This document shows, in pieces, positions 50,027-61,690 of a stretch of DNA of 64,000 bases (the first letter of the stretch is position 1; each line of letters begins with the position of its first letter). The translations under genes and the position numbers were made by a program. Under the pieces are notes generated by a model, which saw only the letters and a list, made by a program, of their open reading frames with translations, was not told the origin of the DNA and ran no database searches. The stretch comes from Gnetum montanum (lineage: Eukaryota; Plantae; Gnetophyta), in the NCBI GenBank assembly GCA_015680685.1, contig MNCI01000273.1:214324-278323 (forward strand), given 5' to 3'.

Positions 50027-50533
50027 TGTGACATCCTGTTCCTAGGTGTTGTAAAAATACAAATGCCTAATTTATTATATTCATCATGGATAACATATCA
50101 AAAAGATTATAAACACTTAAATAATGAATTAATTAGCAAATAAATAATTGATACTAAAGAATTAAGCAAGGAAAGAAAAATGGAGAAATTGTACTAATGG
50201 AAGAGAGTACTATAATGTCCTTTTGGGTTGTCTTCCTATGCCACTTAAGCCTTAGAGGCAATCTAACACTGCCACATAATTAGGCTATCCTACCAAAGGG
50301 ATGATTAGTCCCTTTTTGTCCTACTTCACTTGCCTCCCATTACTTGCCTCTCTAGGTTCCGTAACTCCATGATAGGATGACCTCTAACCTCAACCTTAAA
50401 TAGCATAGATCAAACCATTTCCCAAGGGGTACATGAATAGTCATAACTCCTCATAATGAGGTACCCCTAGATTATAAGGTTAATTACATTATTTACAATT
50501 CTTTCCACCCTTAACAAGGGATAGGATCTTACA
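50027..50533 (-). repeat. 5' LTR (507 bp) of a Met-primed, probably Tekay/chromovirus-type gypsy element
   Basis: Reverse-complement termini TGTAAGATCC...GGATGTCACA form an imperfect 10-bp inverted repeat typical of Tekay LTRs. PBS-Met follows. Confidence 0.72.
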
Positions 50534-50535
50534 AT

Positions 50536-50774
50536 GATGGTGATGATATATAGCGATCTTTGCTTATATGTGAAGGTGCAAGGGTAATGCTCATAGTTAA
50601 CCTTTGTCCTGAAGTAGGATTGGTGAATGGTGCACTTGGCATGATTCACAGTATTATGTATACTTCAGGTAAATAGCCACCTACATTACCATCATATGTT
50701 ATTTTTGATTTTTACTCCTACATTAGATGTGCCTCTAATAATGGTAATACTCATCATGTGTCAATTATACCTAT
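50536..50774 (+). pseudogene. PIF1-family helicase fragment (Helitron RepHel-like, 2B domain region)
   Basis: DGDDI*RSLLICEGARVMLIVNLCPEVGLVNGALGMIHSIMYTSGK*PPTLPSYVIFDFYSY...VSIIP fits the PIF1 motif GARVMLxxNLxxxxGLVNGxxG...PPxLPxxVxxxFxxY. Not in the ORF track because of stops. Confidence 0.85.
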
Positions 50775-51620
50775 TGATGAATTGTGGTTTACGAAGCCTT
50801 GATATTGGATCCTCGATATCAAGTATGCAATATCATAGCCTGGATAACAATATCGAATACATGATATCATGATTCCTATGTAGGCCTATAAATATAGCAT
50901 TCAAGTGCATAGGAAGGGAGTCTTTTGATAATTCTTAGGGTACAATCATTTTGTCAGTTTTTAGTTCATTCCCATGTGCATGCCCGCAATGTGATGATTG
51001 TAATTGTATGAAACCTTTGTTCAAGTGTCATGTACTTGGACACATACACAATCAACAATAAAGATTGAGATTACTCCATCATTGTAGCATTCACTTAACT
51101 TTTAATTACTTCAATTGTTAACTATTAATTATTAATTATTTCTTCTTAGTTTATGTTTCTTTATTGTCATTTACTATTTCTATTGTTAAGGTGGAATGAG
51201 TACAACTTAATCACAAACATTTAAGTATAACTACTTGGTAACCCAGTAGCATATCTAGTAATGCTTAAGTAATGTGCACTTGGTAATCCCAGAAGTAGTA
51301 CAGGAGGTCCAAGATGTGTACAGATGATTAAGGATAGATGCTCATCGCACTTAGGCTAGGTTAGACTTTATTTTCTATCATCAATTAATTCACTCAAGTA
51401 AATTCCCATTGACTTTAGAAGTAGCATAATAATTAGGAATCACATCATACACCTCACTCTAGACTAAACCATACTTGATGAAGAAAATACTAATCCAAGT
51501 GGACAGACATTGAACTACAATCAATGTGTAACTATCTAGGTGCCCTGCGGAGTTTGTCTGAATCATGCATACATGGTTGTATTTGTATGGTTGAGTGTAG
51601 GGATACCTAGCCACTCATCA
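50775..51620 (+). repeat. 5' LTR (846 bp) of an Athila-like gypsy element
   Basis: TGATGA...TCATCA terminal inverted repeat, CCTATAAATA at ~50885, followed by a PBS. Confidence 0.8.
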
Positions 51621-51621
51621 T

Positions 51622-51639
51622 TGGCACCATTTCCAAGGA
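51622..51639 (+). other. tRNA-Asp-type PBS (Athila-like)
   Basis: TGGCACCATTTCCAAGGA is a decayed TGGCGCCGTTGCCGGGGA. Confidence 0.7.
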
Positions 51640-52095
51640 TGATGCTAGTTATCTAGATTAGTTATATCATACAATATTTCTATAACAAAGTATTAATGAT
51701 ATATCTCTTAGAACATAGATTCATTTCAATTAAGTCACAAAAAATTCACAACAATGTCTCTCTCACAAGACAATGTTAGCGCAACAATTAGTGAGGCAAT
51801 TCATTAGAGAACCAATGCAATTTATGATGAAGAAAAAGTTTGGAGTACTCAATCTTATGAAAGAATCTAATATTTTCATGAATACCCCAACAAAACTCAA
51901 GGACTCTTATCATCCAACTAAAATACCTTTAGTGAGGATGGGACATCCCATAGAACAAGGTAGCCCATAAGGCCTAGGATCCTCTAAATGGTTAGCAAGA
52001 TTACATCAAGGGATGGTTGGGAGACTTACAAAATTCATGACAAGTCTTCCAATTCTCTCTCTTCCTCTACCCCTTCAACATCAGGTCATGACATC

Positions 52096-53638
52096 TGAAA
52101 CACTGTGAAAATTGCGAGTTGGCCTCAGGAAAAGATTCGCAATTCAGGCAAGGACGCATGTCAGAATTCCAGAAGGAAGAATAAGACAGAGCAACACCAA
52201 GAGGCACATAGCATCAAATCTTCAACTTCTCGTGTAGATTCCTAATCTTACTATGTTTTCTCTGATTACGCTATGCCATGTGACGTAGCGTAATGGCGCT
52301 TAGCGTGATTCTGTTTAAACATAGTCCGGCATCAGAAGGCTAGTTACTTCGGCATAGGGAGAGGCTTGAGCAGTGTAATATGTGACTTCTTGTATATTTT
52401 GCTAAGTCTTTTGTTCAAGGCCAGGTTTATGCTCTGTTACGCACGGCAGCATAATGAGCTCCAAAATAGTCAAAGGAAAAGTCTAAGAAAGTGCGATTAC
52501 TCATCATACGCTCATTACGCAACGCAGCGTGTCGCAGCATATTGCACCGCCAAGCTAAACATTGTTTTACGCTTCATTACGTGCGGCTACGTAAGCAAGC
52601 GTAAAATAGCTTGAATCGATTGTTTCCATGTTATGTTACGCTCGTGCACGCAACGCAGCGTGAAGGAGTGTAATATAACCCAAAGATAATTGAAACAGGC
52701 CCGATGTGCATCTATTCTTTACGCGCACAATACGAAAAATAAGTGTATTATGCGTAGTCATGAAGTTTGACATAAAAATGGTCAAGCCAACAGTACCCGA
52801 AACATTCGGGACACACGTCATCAAGGTTGCGCCTTTTCTACAGGATGTCACAGCTTATAAATACCCTAGTTGACAAAGATATAGGGGTTGGAAAATCAAA
52901 GAAGCAAAGGCATTTTTCTGAGCACTGGAGCACTTATCACTTTTGAGCAGAGATACAGAGAGCAGCACTTTGGCAATTGTTAACAGCATCACCTTCCGGC
53001 AGGAAGAGAGCATAGTTCGCTTTGAGCATCGGCAACACAGCCTTTCTCTATCAGCGACCATTGGCGGTCCTAAATAGAAACAACCTAAGGCGAAAGAAGC
53101 AGATCCAAGATCATGGGATCATCTTGCATGGTTCGTAGGCTCTATTGGTCAGAAACAGTTGATCGATAGATGTCATAGCTTAACCTTCCTTGCATCCCAG
53201 ATTTGGCCCACGAGGTAGATCAGACTTCTATTTGGACGGTTTTCTTGTTGTTTTGTGCCTGCTTTATGTCAAGTAATCAGGGTCTCCCCCATTGTAATGT
53301 GATATACAAAATATACATCTTTTAAGTCAAAGCACAGATCTTGAAACTATGTGTTTCTCTTGTGTTAGCCTCCTCTTATCGTATTTAGCGTTATCATCAT
53401 TACAATTCATCTACATCACTTTTCCCTCATTTTGCGATTCCTCAAATTAGATCGTTCCATGAGATATTCATTATCTCCATCGATTTACTAACTAGTAAGT
53501 CCCTGTCTGATCGACAAGACCGTTCAAGGTGCCGCGGATTCGTGTTTCCAGCATATCCCTCGCACGGATCCGTGGTTAAAATTGTGTACACGGAGTTTGT
53601 TCGGTATTTTCCAGCTGCCAACATTTTCCATCGTTACA
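52096..53638 (+). repeat. 5' LTR of element D (1543 bp)
   Basis: TGAAACAC...CGTTACA; near-identical to 62784-64000. Confidence 0.95.
52856..52863 (+). promoter_or_regulatory. Putative LTR TATA box
   Basis: CTTATAAATAC, conserved in the D 3' LTR (~63544), the A LTR (~1363) and the solo LTR. Confidence 0.6.
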
Positions 53639-53644
53639 GTTTTC

Positions 53645-53661
53645 TGGAACTAGAAGGAGGG
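53645..53661 (+). other. PBS of D, complementary to plant tRNA-Asn(GUU) 3' end
   Basis: TGGAACTAGAAGGAGGG vs TGGCGCTAGAAGGAGGG (15/17), as recalled from plant tRNA-Asn ending CCCTCCTTCTAGCG-CCA. Confidence 0.75.
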
Positions 53662-53880
53662 CTGAAACTCCGATCCGAATATTTTGGGTAGCCCTGTTAG
53701 CGATCCATACCCTAAACCGTAGACGTAATACCTCCAGGGAAGTTTATGGCAAATCGTGTGGTGTAGATCGATCGCAAGGACGATTTCTTTGGAATCCTAC
53801 AGGGTAGAAAGCCTATTCGTGCTTTTTTTGTCAGCCAGTTCTTAGATCCGATTACCAGTTATCGTTAATCTCATTGCTCA

Positions 53881-56800
53881 ATGGATTCCTTGTACACGAC
53901 CACAACTACCATGGTCCCTACCGACTTGGGTGCCACATCTGTGAACCCTATCGCGGTCACCAGACTAGTTCTTGGCGCAATAGGATCTCAGGGGCCATTG
54001 CGCCGATCATTGAGACTTCAAGGAAAAGAGCCCATATTCATGGTCATAACCCCTAAAGAATACAACTTTATATGTGTTAAGATCCAGGTGAAGCTGGCTC
54101 TTAGCCGAGCCGAAGTCGAAGCGAAATGAAACTTTGAGGTGGTTCATATAGGGGGCCATGATTTCAAACCAACAGCTTACGACATTATTCCCTTGACCGT
54201 ACACCAACATGAACTTATAACACATTTGTTCATGGCCAAAAGCCAGGCTGCACGGACTACGTTGGAGCCCCAGCATGGGGAAGAGAAAGAGGATGAATTG
54301 GTAGCCCAGTAGGAACATTCGTTTCATACTCTGAGCCCCCAAACGTACATAAACCCCTTGTTCCCTTTCAATGGAGAGGCTGCTCCTCTTGACCCAGCCA
54401 TGACCATGTAGATGCATTTCCCTTCCATGCTGCAGGCCACCGCGCAGCCTTCTGGGCTGCAAGTACAAATGCCTCATAATAACGTGGGGGCGATTTCGTC
54501 ATCGCGGGTACATAGCATCCCAGTGGTGGTCCCAGCGACCACCGCGTCCCACTTTATCCCTCAGATATAACCTCACAACATATACACAATGTACCCAGCG
54601 CAGACCTTCCTGCTTTTGCCCCCTCCAACTCAACAGATTTCCGTGGCCGTTCAGCCACAAACTTACACCCAACAGCCTGCCGCAAGCTAGTTGGCCAACC
54701 CGACAACGCAACATACCCAGTCTGTGGTGTATGGCGTGCAACCCCCGGTTGCACCCACAACACATGTTCCACAGATGGTACCATAGTATCCTCATCCTTA
54801 TCTCACGCAGCAGGCAGTGGCTAACCCCTCTTTGCAAACTAGTGCGTGGTGGTCTTCACAAGCTCTCCTGCCTGCTGGGATCCCTGCCCCACCAGCTGCC
54901 AACCAGCCTCTTCCATTGTTTCCATTCCCTGGCATCGCCCTCCCAGTCCAACCTCCTATGCCTTCTACATAGACACCTCTGTCAACAGGTCTGGACCAAG
55001 CTTTTCAGCTTATATAGACTCTCACAGAGGAGGTTTGATGCCTCAAAGTCGTTGGTTCTGATACCATTCAGATCATGGAATTTTACCAGGATGATCCGAT
55101 TAGCCCAGCGTTCCCTATGCTGTCGTTGCCGCCAGGGATGTCCCTACCTCATTTTACCAAGTACAATGGGGAGGAAGATCCCAATGCTCACTTGTTCACG
55201 TTTAGGTCTGAGTCCTTATTGTTGCAACAGTGGCCACACACCATCATCCGAGTCTTTGCAATGTCTCTAACAAGGAAAGCTTTGGACTAGTACCGAGCCC
55301 TCCCATGCTCTTCCATCTCAACCTTGGAAGAGTTGCTGACCCAATTTGTGACCCGCTTCAAATACAACTTGAAACCAGAAGTCACATTGGATCAGCTCAT
55401 GGGGGTGAAACAAGACCCGCTCGAGACCGTCCAAAAGTTTATACAGTGCTGGAATGCTACCTTGAATGAGATCTACGAGCCGATCGCGGACTCACATATG
55501 CTGGCTATATTCAAGGGAGTAGTCAACGACTTTATTAAGTCAAAGTTGTATTATCTTTTCCCCAACTCTCTACACCAGGCCTTCGCTCAAACTAGAAGCA
55601 TCCAAGATGCTGCGGAGGCCAGCAAAGACCCGGCGTATGTCACCTACAGGAATGCACATAACAAGAGTAAAGACAAAGGTAAAGCAACGACAATGACAGT
55701 AGCTACGATGACCAAAGGTGCAAAGACTAAGAACAAGAAGGCACCCACGGTGCCTCCTGAAATCACGGCTGGTGTCGGCACCAGCCAAGACACAACTACC
55801 CCTGAAGGGCCCCCCCAGCCTAAGCCAAACTTTGAGCGTAAGGATCGCTCAAAGTACACGGCATTACTTGTAAAGCATTCCGAACTGCTAAAACAACTGT
55901 TAGGGGTAGGGAACATTCAACCTAAGAAGGTGTCCGAGGAAGCTCTGAAGCGTCACAGACATCATTGTGAACTACTAAAGAACCCTTCTTTAGCCTTACC
56001 TAACGAACCACCAATTCCGCGATCTTTAAGGCTAGACCATTTTTGTGACTACCACCAGCTGTGTGGTCACGATACAGATTACTGCTAGGCGTTGAAAGAC
56101 GACATTCAACGTATGCTAGATGATGGTTCACTCAAGTTAGACAGCAGTAACCCGACGCATCCCGAAAACCCAACATTGCACGTATATAAGGACCCATTAA
56201 ACACAAATGACGATCCTTATACAATCACTATGGTGAGTACAGACAGTGAGAGGAGGGAATCGTCAAAAAAATCTTTTGTTTTGCATGTCCCTGCCAGCTC
56301 ACAAAGGGGGCCAACCATTTCATCGGCATCCAGTGGGGTCTCGAGGCCGCCCTTCATTATACAGGCACCTTCTCGGATACACCCTCAGTCATGCAGCGAC
56401 AGTCAAGCCGTGGCCTCATCCGCGCCCACGCCTAAGGTGCCCTTCATTATCAGGGTGCCAAAACCACAGGTTGCTCCTCTCACGCAGGGGCAAACCTCCA
56501 ACAAGAGGAGTCCACCGTCACCTCCCAAACGAAAGGGAGAGAACACATCAGTTAATGCAACGAAACACCATTCTATGCTCAGCTTCCCTAAGCCTAGGCC
56601 CCTGGCCTCTGTGCCTTCACCTGTACCTCAGGGGTAGGATAAAGGTGCAGAAACGCAATCACCTTCTCTTGGTAAGAAAAAGAATAGCCCCCCGACCGAC
56701 ACCGTTCCACCTTGGGAGATCCATCTCCTAGGCCGAATGGAAGAGGACAAAGGGGATAAACAACCCAGCCGAGAGAAGGACCTCCTCGATGCATTTACAC

Positions 56801-57669
56801 AAGTAAAACAGGCTCTCAAGAAAAAGAACACAATGCTGAGCCTTTACGACCTGCTTATGACATCTCGGGAGCACCGTGAGGCTATGGTACGCATGCTGAC
56901 ATCCATATCAGTGGATGAAAGCTTACCAGTTGAAGAGGAAGCGATACATGCTGTCATGTTTCCCTCTGAAGTTAAGCAACCCAGGCCTACCTCGCTGACC
57001 TTTCATGATGAGTCTATCAAAGACAATCCTAAGAAAGGTCAAGTCACAACTGAACCCATGTTCATCATCATCCGGGTCGGTCAATATCGGATCCGGAGAG
57101 TGCACGTAGACGATGGCGCAGCTACCAACATCATACCCTATTCCATCGTGGATAGGTTGGGTCTGGTCGACCAGATCATGCCCACGGTGACGGCTTGCGT
57201 GAAATCATTCAACGGGGCATGGGTTCAAGTCAAGGGGACGGTGTGTATTGAGTTTGTGGTGGGGGATCAATTCCCAATAGAGGCCACTTTCTTAGTCATC
57301 GAGGAGATGCCAGGGTTCAACCTGATCTTGGGGAGGTCGTGGTTAGCCCAGCTGAGGGCAGTTTCATCACCAATACACCAAGAGATACACCTACCCTATG
57401 CCCGAGGGGAGGTTTTGATACGCGGTGACGAAAGCACCCCCACGACCATCAATAACATTGAAGAAGAAGGGGGCTCGGAGATAGAAACGACTAACGATCA
57501 GACTCATCTCCAAACCTCTCAACAAACCGACAACAATGATGACGGTCTAGCTTGGGCTGACCTGCCATTTCCAGATGGCAACATAGAGGAGGTAAAGCAT
57601 AAGTCTCCTCGCCTGTATGCAACGCTTAATGTAAAGGCCATTAAGAAACAATTATGCATTAATGGTTGA
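53881..57669 (+). pseudogene. gag-protease of element D (few lesions)
   Basis: RRSLRLQGKEP N-terminal motif, Pro/Gln-rich region, capsid (FTKYNGEEDPNAHL..ALD*YRALP..FKYN), CxxHxxxxHxxxxC knuckle CDYHQLCGHDTDYC, and protease VHVDDGAATNII / FNLILGRSWL (ORFs 55075-55290, 55324-56088, 56092-56637, 56737-57669). Confidence 0.95.
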
Positions 57670-57883
57670 ATGATGGTCTTTGCGTACGTTATCATGTTTG
57701 GCAAGTTATCGTGCCTTGTACTTAGCCATTTCTTTTGTTTCATACATTTTTACGCTACATTCACTTTCGGTGTTTACGCTTGTCATTACTTATGCTATTT
57801 GATTTACTATGCTCATGCTATTTACACTTCCACATCGTTTTATCATAATTATGCAAGATTATGTACTATTATCATTACGCATC

Positions 57884-58143
57884 TGGCCCACAATGGCCTT
57901 AAACTAGTTATGGCCCACAATGGCCTTAAACTAGTTATGGCCCGCAACGACCTTAAACTAGTTACCTAGAACTATGCCTTATCATCATTTACGCTTTCTC
58001 TACATTACGCATCAGGCCCGCAATGGCTTTAAACTAGTCCAAGCCCGCAATGACCTTAAACTAGTCGAGGCCTGTAATGGCCTTAAACTAGTCGCTAGGT
58101 TACGCAGAATCGTATGATAGCCCACGATGGCCTTAAACTAGCA
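57884..58143 (+). repeat. Post-protease tandem array, 27-bp unit TGGCCCACAATGGCCTTAAACTAGTTA
   Basis: Three adjacent copies at 57884-57964 plus about four more up to 58143. Confidence 0.9.
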
Positions 58144-58319
58144 ATTACATTCTATCATCATAACTTAGGCACCATCCTTAATAATTACGTTCACGCTGTC
58201 CATATAAAAGCATAAAAGTCAAAAAGCACAAAATAACTGACATTTAACACATCCACCAGGTCTTATAACATGTCTTTTCAGTCATTCATAAAACAATACT
58301 TCACTCCACATCAATAAAA

Positions 58320-58885
58320 CTATGCGTAAACCACAATTACGCCTCTACTCCCGCTATCACCAGTATCTCTTAAATCTGGATCCAGCCCTAGTGGATCGTC
58401 CTCCAGTGGGCCGTCGTCTCTGGGAATTATTCTTTTACGAAGAATTTCCTCTTCATGAGGTCCTTGTTCCAGCACCGGCTCCATGGGAGGACGCTCTTCA
58501 TCACTGCGCTCCTCCTCTTCCTCTGCTTCTTCTTCTGCTTCAGCTGCTTCCTCTGCTAACTCCTCGACTGGCTCATCTTCCCTATCCTTAGTTGGTACCT
58601 AAATATAATAAGCACATTAGCTACACAAGACTTAACATCATAATTAGAAAATGCAAACTAAGTCATGCATAAACTTACTTGCGACGGCCCTGCTTCTACA
58701 GCAAAGGGAAGCTTGTCCAGGCCAGCCCACAGGTGCTTCATAATCTCTTCCTCCATTAGATCTGGCCATACATCGTCTCCCAAGGCAGCTTTGACCTTCA
58801 CTTTCCCTTTCTCCACGCTGCTCCAGCGAGGTGGGTCCAGGAAGAAAGTAGGGATTGTAGCCTGACCCCCAGGGAGAGTCATCAT
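58320..58885 (-). pseudogene. 3' end (penultimate exon part, 80-nt intron 58599-58678, acidic last exon) of the antisense accessory gene of D
   Basis: ..EAGPSQ|GTAAGT..TATATTTAG|VPTKDREDEPVEELAEEAAEAEEEAEEEEE..YA* spliced in phase 0. TIPTFFLDPPRW..LGD is homologous to E TTIEFFHAPPKW..LGD. Confidence 0.8.
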
Positions 58886-58892
58886 CCTTTTC

Positions 58893-61109
58893 GGGGATGC
58901 TTATAGTTCATACGCCGGTTCATCTCGAGATTAACCGACAAGCTACACCCTATGCAATACTTTCTGAAAAAAGGGGTTAATTTCGAATGGACCAACGATT
59001 GCCAATGTGCGTTTGATAGCTTAAAACAAGAACTGCAACATTTGTCGACGATTTTCCCACCACAGAGGGACATGCCATTTTACATTTACCTCACGATGTC
59101 GGACGTAGCGTTAGCAGCATTACTTTGTCAAAGGAGGGCTGATGGGTCGGAAGTGCCCATCTACTACTTAATTCATGCTCTATGTGCGTACAAAATGAGG
59201 TATAACAATGTAGAGTGTAATTTCCTAGCATTAGTTTTTACGCTTAAAAAATGTCAGCATTATCCTTTCCGTAGCAAGGTTAACATCATCTATAAAAACA
59301 ACATTCTTAGGGCCATTACGCACAACTTATACGAGAGTAGTAAAATAGCTTGCTGAAAGGCTATCACGGCAGAATTCGATCTGCACTATATTGGCCAATC
59401 ATCTATGAAAGGCCAGGCAATAGCTGACCAGTTAATAACTTCACCAATTAACAATTAGGTGACTATAGAGCTAGAGTTCCCTGACAAACATGTACATAGT
59501 TTAAGCTCTGTCTTGATAGGCCCCGAAGCAATGTTGCATTTCGACAGAGCTTCAACCACTAGAGGTGGCAGTGCCACCACCGTTATTATGCTAACACCCG
59601 AGGATGTGCATCTTCACGCTTATCGCTTGACCTTCCCCTGTATGAACAATGTGGCAGAGTACGAGGGGCTCCTCAGGGGATTAATAACTGCCAGTGAACT
59701 CGATGTTCGACACTTGGCGATTAGGGGCGATTTGATGCTTGTCATAAATCAGATCACATGAGTCTACACCTGCAAAGCTATACATTTGCAGCCCTACTGC
59801 GATAAGGCTAAAGATCTTCTGAGACAATTTGCGATCATTGATGCCCAGCACGTGCCACGCACGGACAACACACTGGCCGACGCACTGGCTACTCTGGCTT
59901 TGAACGTGCCTTCACATATTTTTGACACCTACCCTACATTGATAACAGACTACACAAATCCTATCATTCATATGGTGAAAATCTCTTCTCTTCTCGAGGA
60001 AAGCACACCTGAATGGTACGACGACATTAAAACTTACCTTTTACAGGGCGAGCTACTGTCTGAATTGACACATGCGCAGAAAGATGCAACATGCAAGCAG
60101 GCTAGGTAATACGTCATCATTGGAGACAATACTCTTTGTAGACGCTCCTTTGATGGCATCCTCCTTACTTGTGTTGACAAAACCAAGCACAGCATGTAGT
60201 CGGCGAAGTTCACAAGGGACTGTGCAGTGGCCACGTAGCACCATGGGCTATGGCCCTAAAAATATGATACTTAGGATACTACTGGCCGTGCATGGAAAAG
60301 GATTGCCTAACAAAGGTTAAAACTTGTGACATGTGTCAGCGTCACATGAATCTCATACACGTGTCACCTATAGAATTACATACAACATAGATAACATGGC
60401 CATTTCAGCGATGGGGACTAGACATTATAGGCCCCATCACGCTGAAATCTTCCACAGGTCAGAGCTTCATTATTACCGCTACTGAGTATTTTACAAAGTG
60501 GGTAGAGGTTGTTCCCCTGCGGAAGATCACATCTCAACAAATTTTCCATTTTATCCTGGACAATATAGTAACCAGATTTGGTCTCCCAATGACTATCGTG
60601 ACCGACAATGGGCCATAGTTTAGTAGCACGGAAACCAAATCCTTCTATGATAACCTGGGCATTAGACAATCATTTTCCTCCCCTTATTACTCGCAAGCGA
60701 ATGGTCAAGCTGAAGCAACAAACAAAGTGATCATCAATCTGCTCAAGAAAATGCTTGACGACAACAAAAGGCGGTGGCACGAACAGATCCTCTATGTGCT
60801 ATGGACGTATCGTACTACGTGTAGGACGGCTACGGGTAGTACGCCCTANAAGCTCTGGACACGATTGAAAGGTATCAAGACAAACAGAGATAGAAGCATC
60901 ATCACAACCTTCAGCAACGCCCGATCAAGAAAGGAGATCTAGTTCTCAAGGCAGTGCGTGAACCAGTAGGCAAGTTCTCTGCAAACTGGGAAGGCCCTTT
61001 CTTGGTGGTTGACGTGTACAACAACGGAGCATTCAAGTTAGCAGACGTCAATGGCAATGAATTACCAAATCCTATAAATCATATATATTTGAAGCGGTAT
61101 TACATTTAG
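58893..61109 (+). pseudogene. Truncated pol of D: RT C-terminus, RNase H, archaeal-type RNase H (aRH), integrase
   Basis: FIRRFISRL, FEWTNDCQCAFDSLK, PIYYLIHAL, aRH LHFDRAS..FPCMNNVAEYEGLLRGL..IRGDLMLVINQ..HVPRTDNTLADALA, and INT WPFQRWGLDIIGP, IVTDNG, SPYYSQANGQAEA, ANWEGPF. Confidence 0.95.
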
Positions 61110-61150
61110 TAGCATCTATAGTGTCAACAGCAAGTATGGAAATACTCATC

Positions 61151-61690
61151 TGCCATGACGTTAAACTAGCACTGACCGTCCACTACGATGCTAAACTGGC
61201 AATACACATCCACCACAATGCTAAACTGGCAACCATTGTCCGCTACGACGCTAAACTGACAATACATGTCCGCTACGACATAAAACTGGCATTCCTTGCA
61301 CGCATCGGCCACGATGCTAAACTGGCAATATTCGTCCACTATGATGCTAAACTGGCAAGTTGTAACCGTCCGGTACGACGTAAAACTGGCAGTGTTGTAC
61401 AGGTCCGCCAAGACAAAAAATTGGCATCTTTTGCACGCGTCCGCCACGACGCTAAAATGGCACAGAAAAGTGGTCATCTGCTGAGACATAAAACTAGCAC
61501 AGCTCTGTCCTTAGGTCATGACATGAAACTGACATCCACAGCATGGTCTACTAAGACCATAAATCAGACACGCCATCATCTACTACGACATAAAACTAGC
61601 ATTTCTCGGTCATCCCGGACTTTAAACTGGGACCATGATCTGCTGAGACTTAAAACTAGCAATGATAGTCTACCAGGACTTAAAACTAGG
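61151..61690 (+). repeat. Post-integrase tandem array (~30-37-bp units, core [C/A]TAAA[A]CT[G/A]GCA)
   Basis: About 15 units such as CCACTACGATGCTAAACTGGCAATAC. These produce the repetitive ORF 61121-61750. Confidence 0.88.

Noticed and set aside
52366-53624. ORFs within the D LTR, repeated at 63543-63927
   Set aside because: They recur only because the LTRs are duplicates, and show no recognisable domains.
54007-57743. Several minus-strand and alternative-frame ORFs over D gag-PR
   Set aside because: Shadow ORFs of the GC-rich gag-protease frame.
60840-60870. Apparent ~100-bp deletion in the D integrase (SLVYGSEAILP segment missing)
   Set aside because: It coincides with a single N at 60849 and is probably an assembly gap rather than biology.
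57884-61690. CRISPR-like repeat/spacer appearance of the TAAACT arrays
   Set aside because: Eukaryotic retrotransposon context, degenerate repeats, related rather than unique spacers, and no cas genes.
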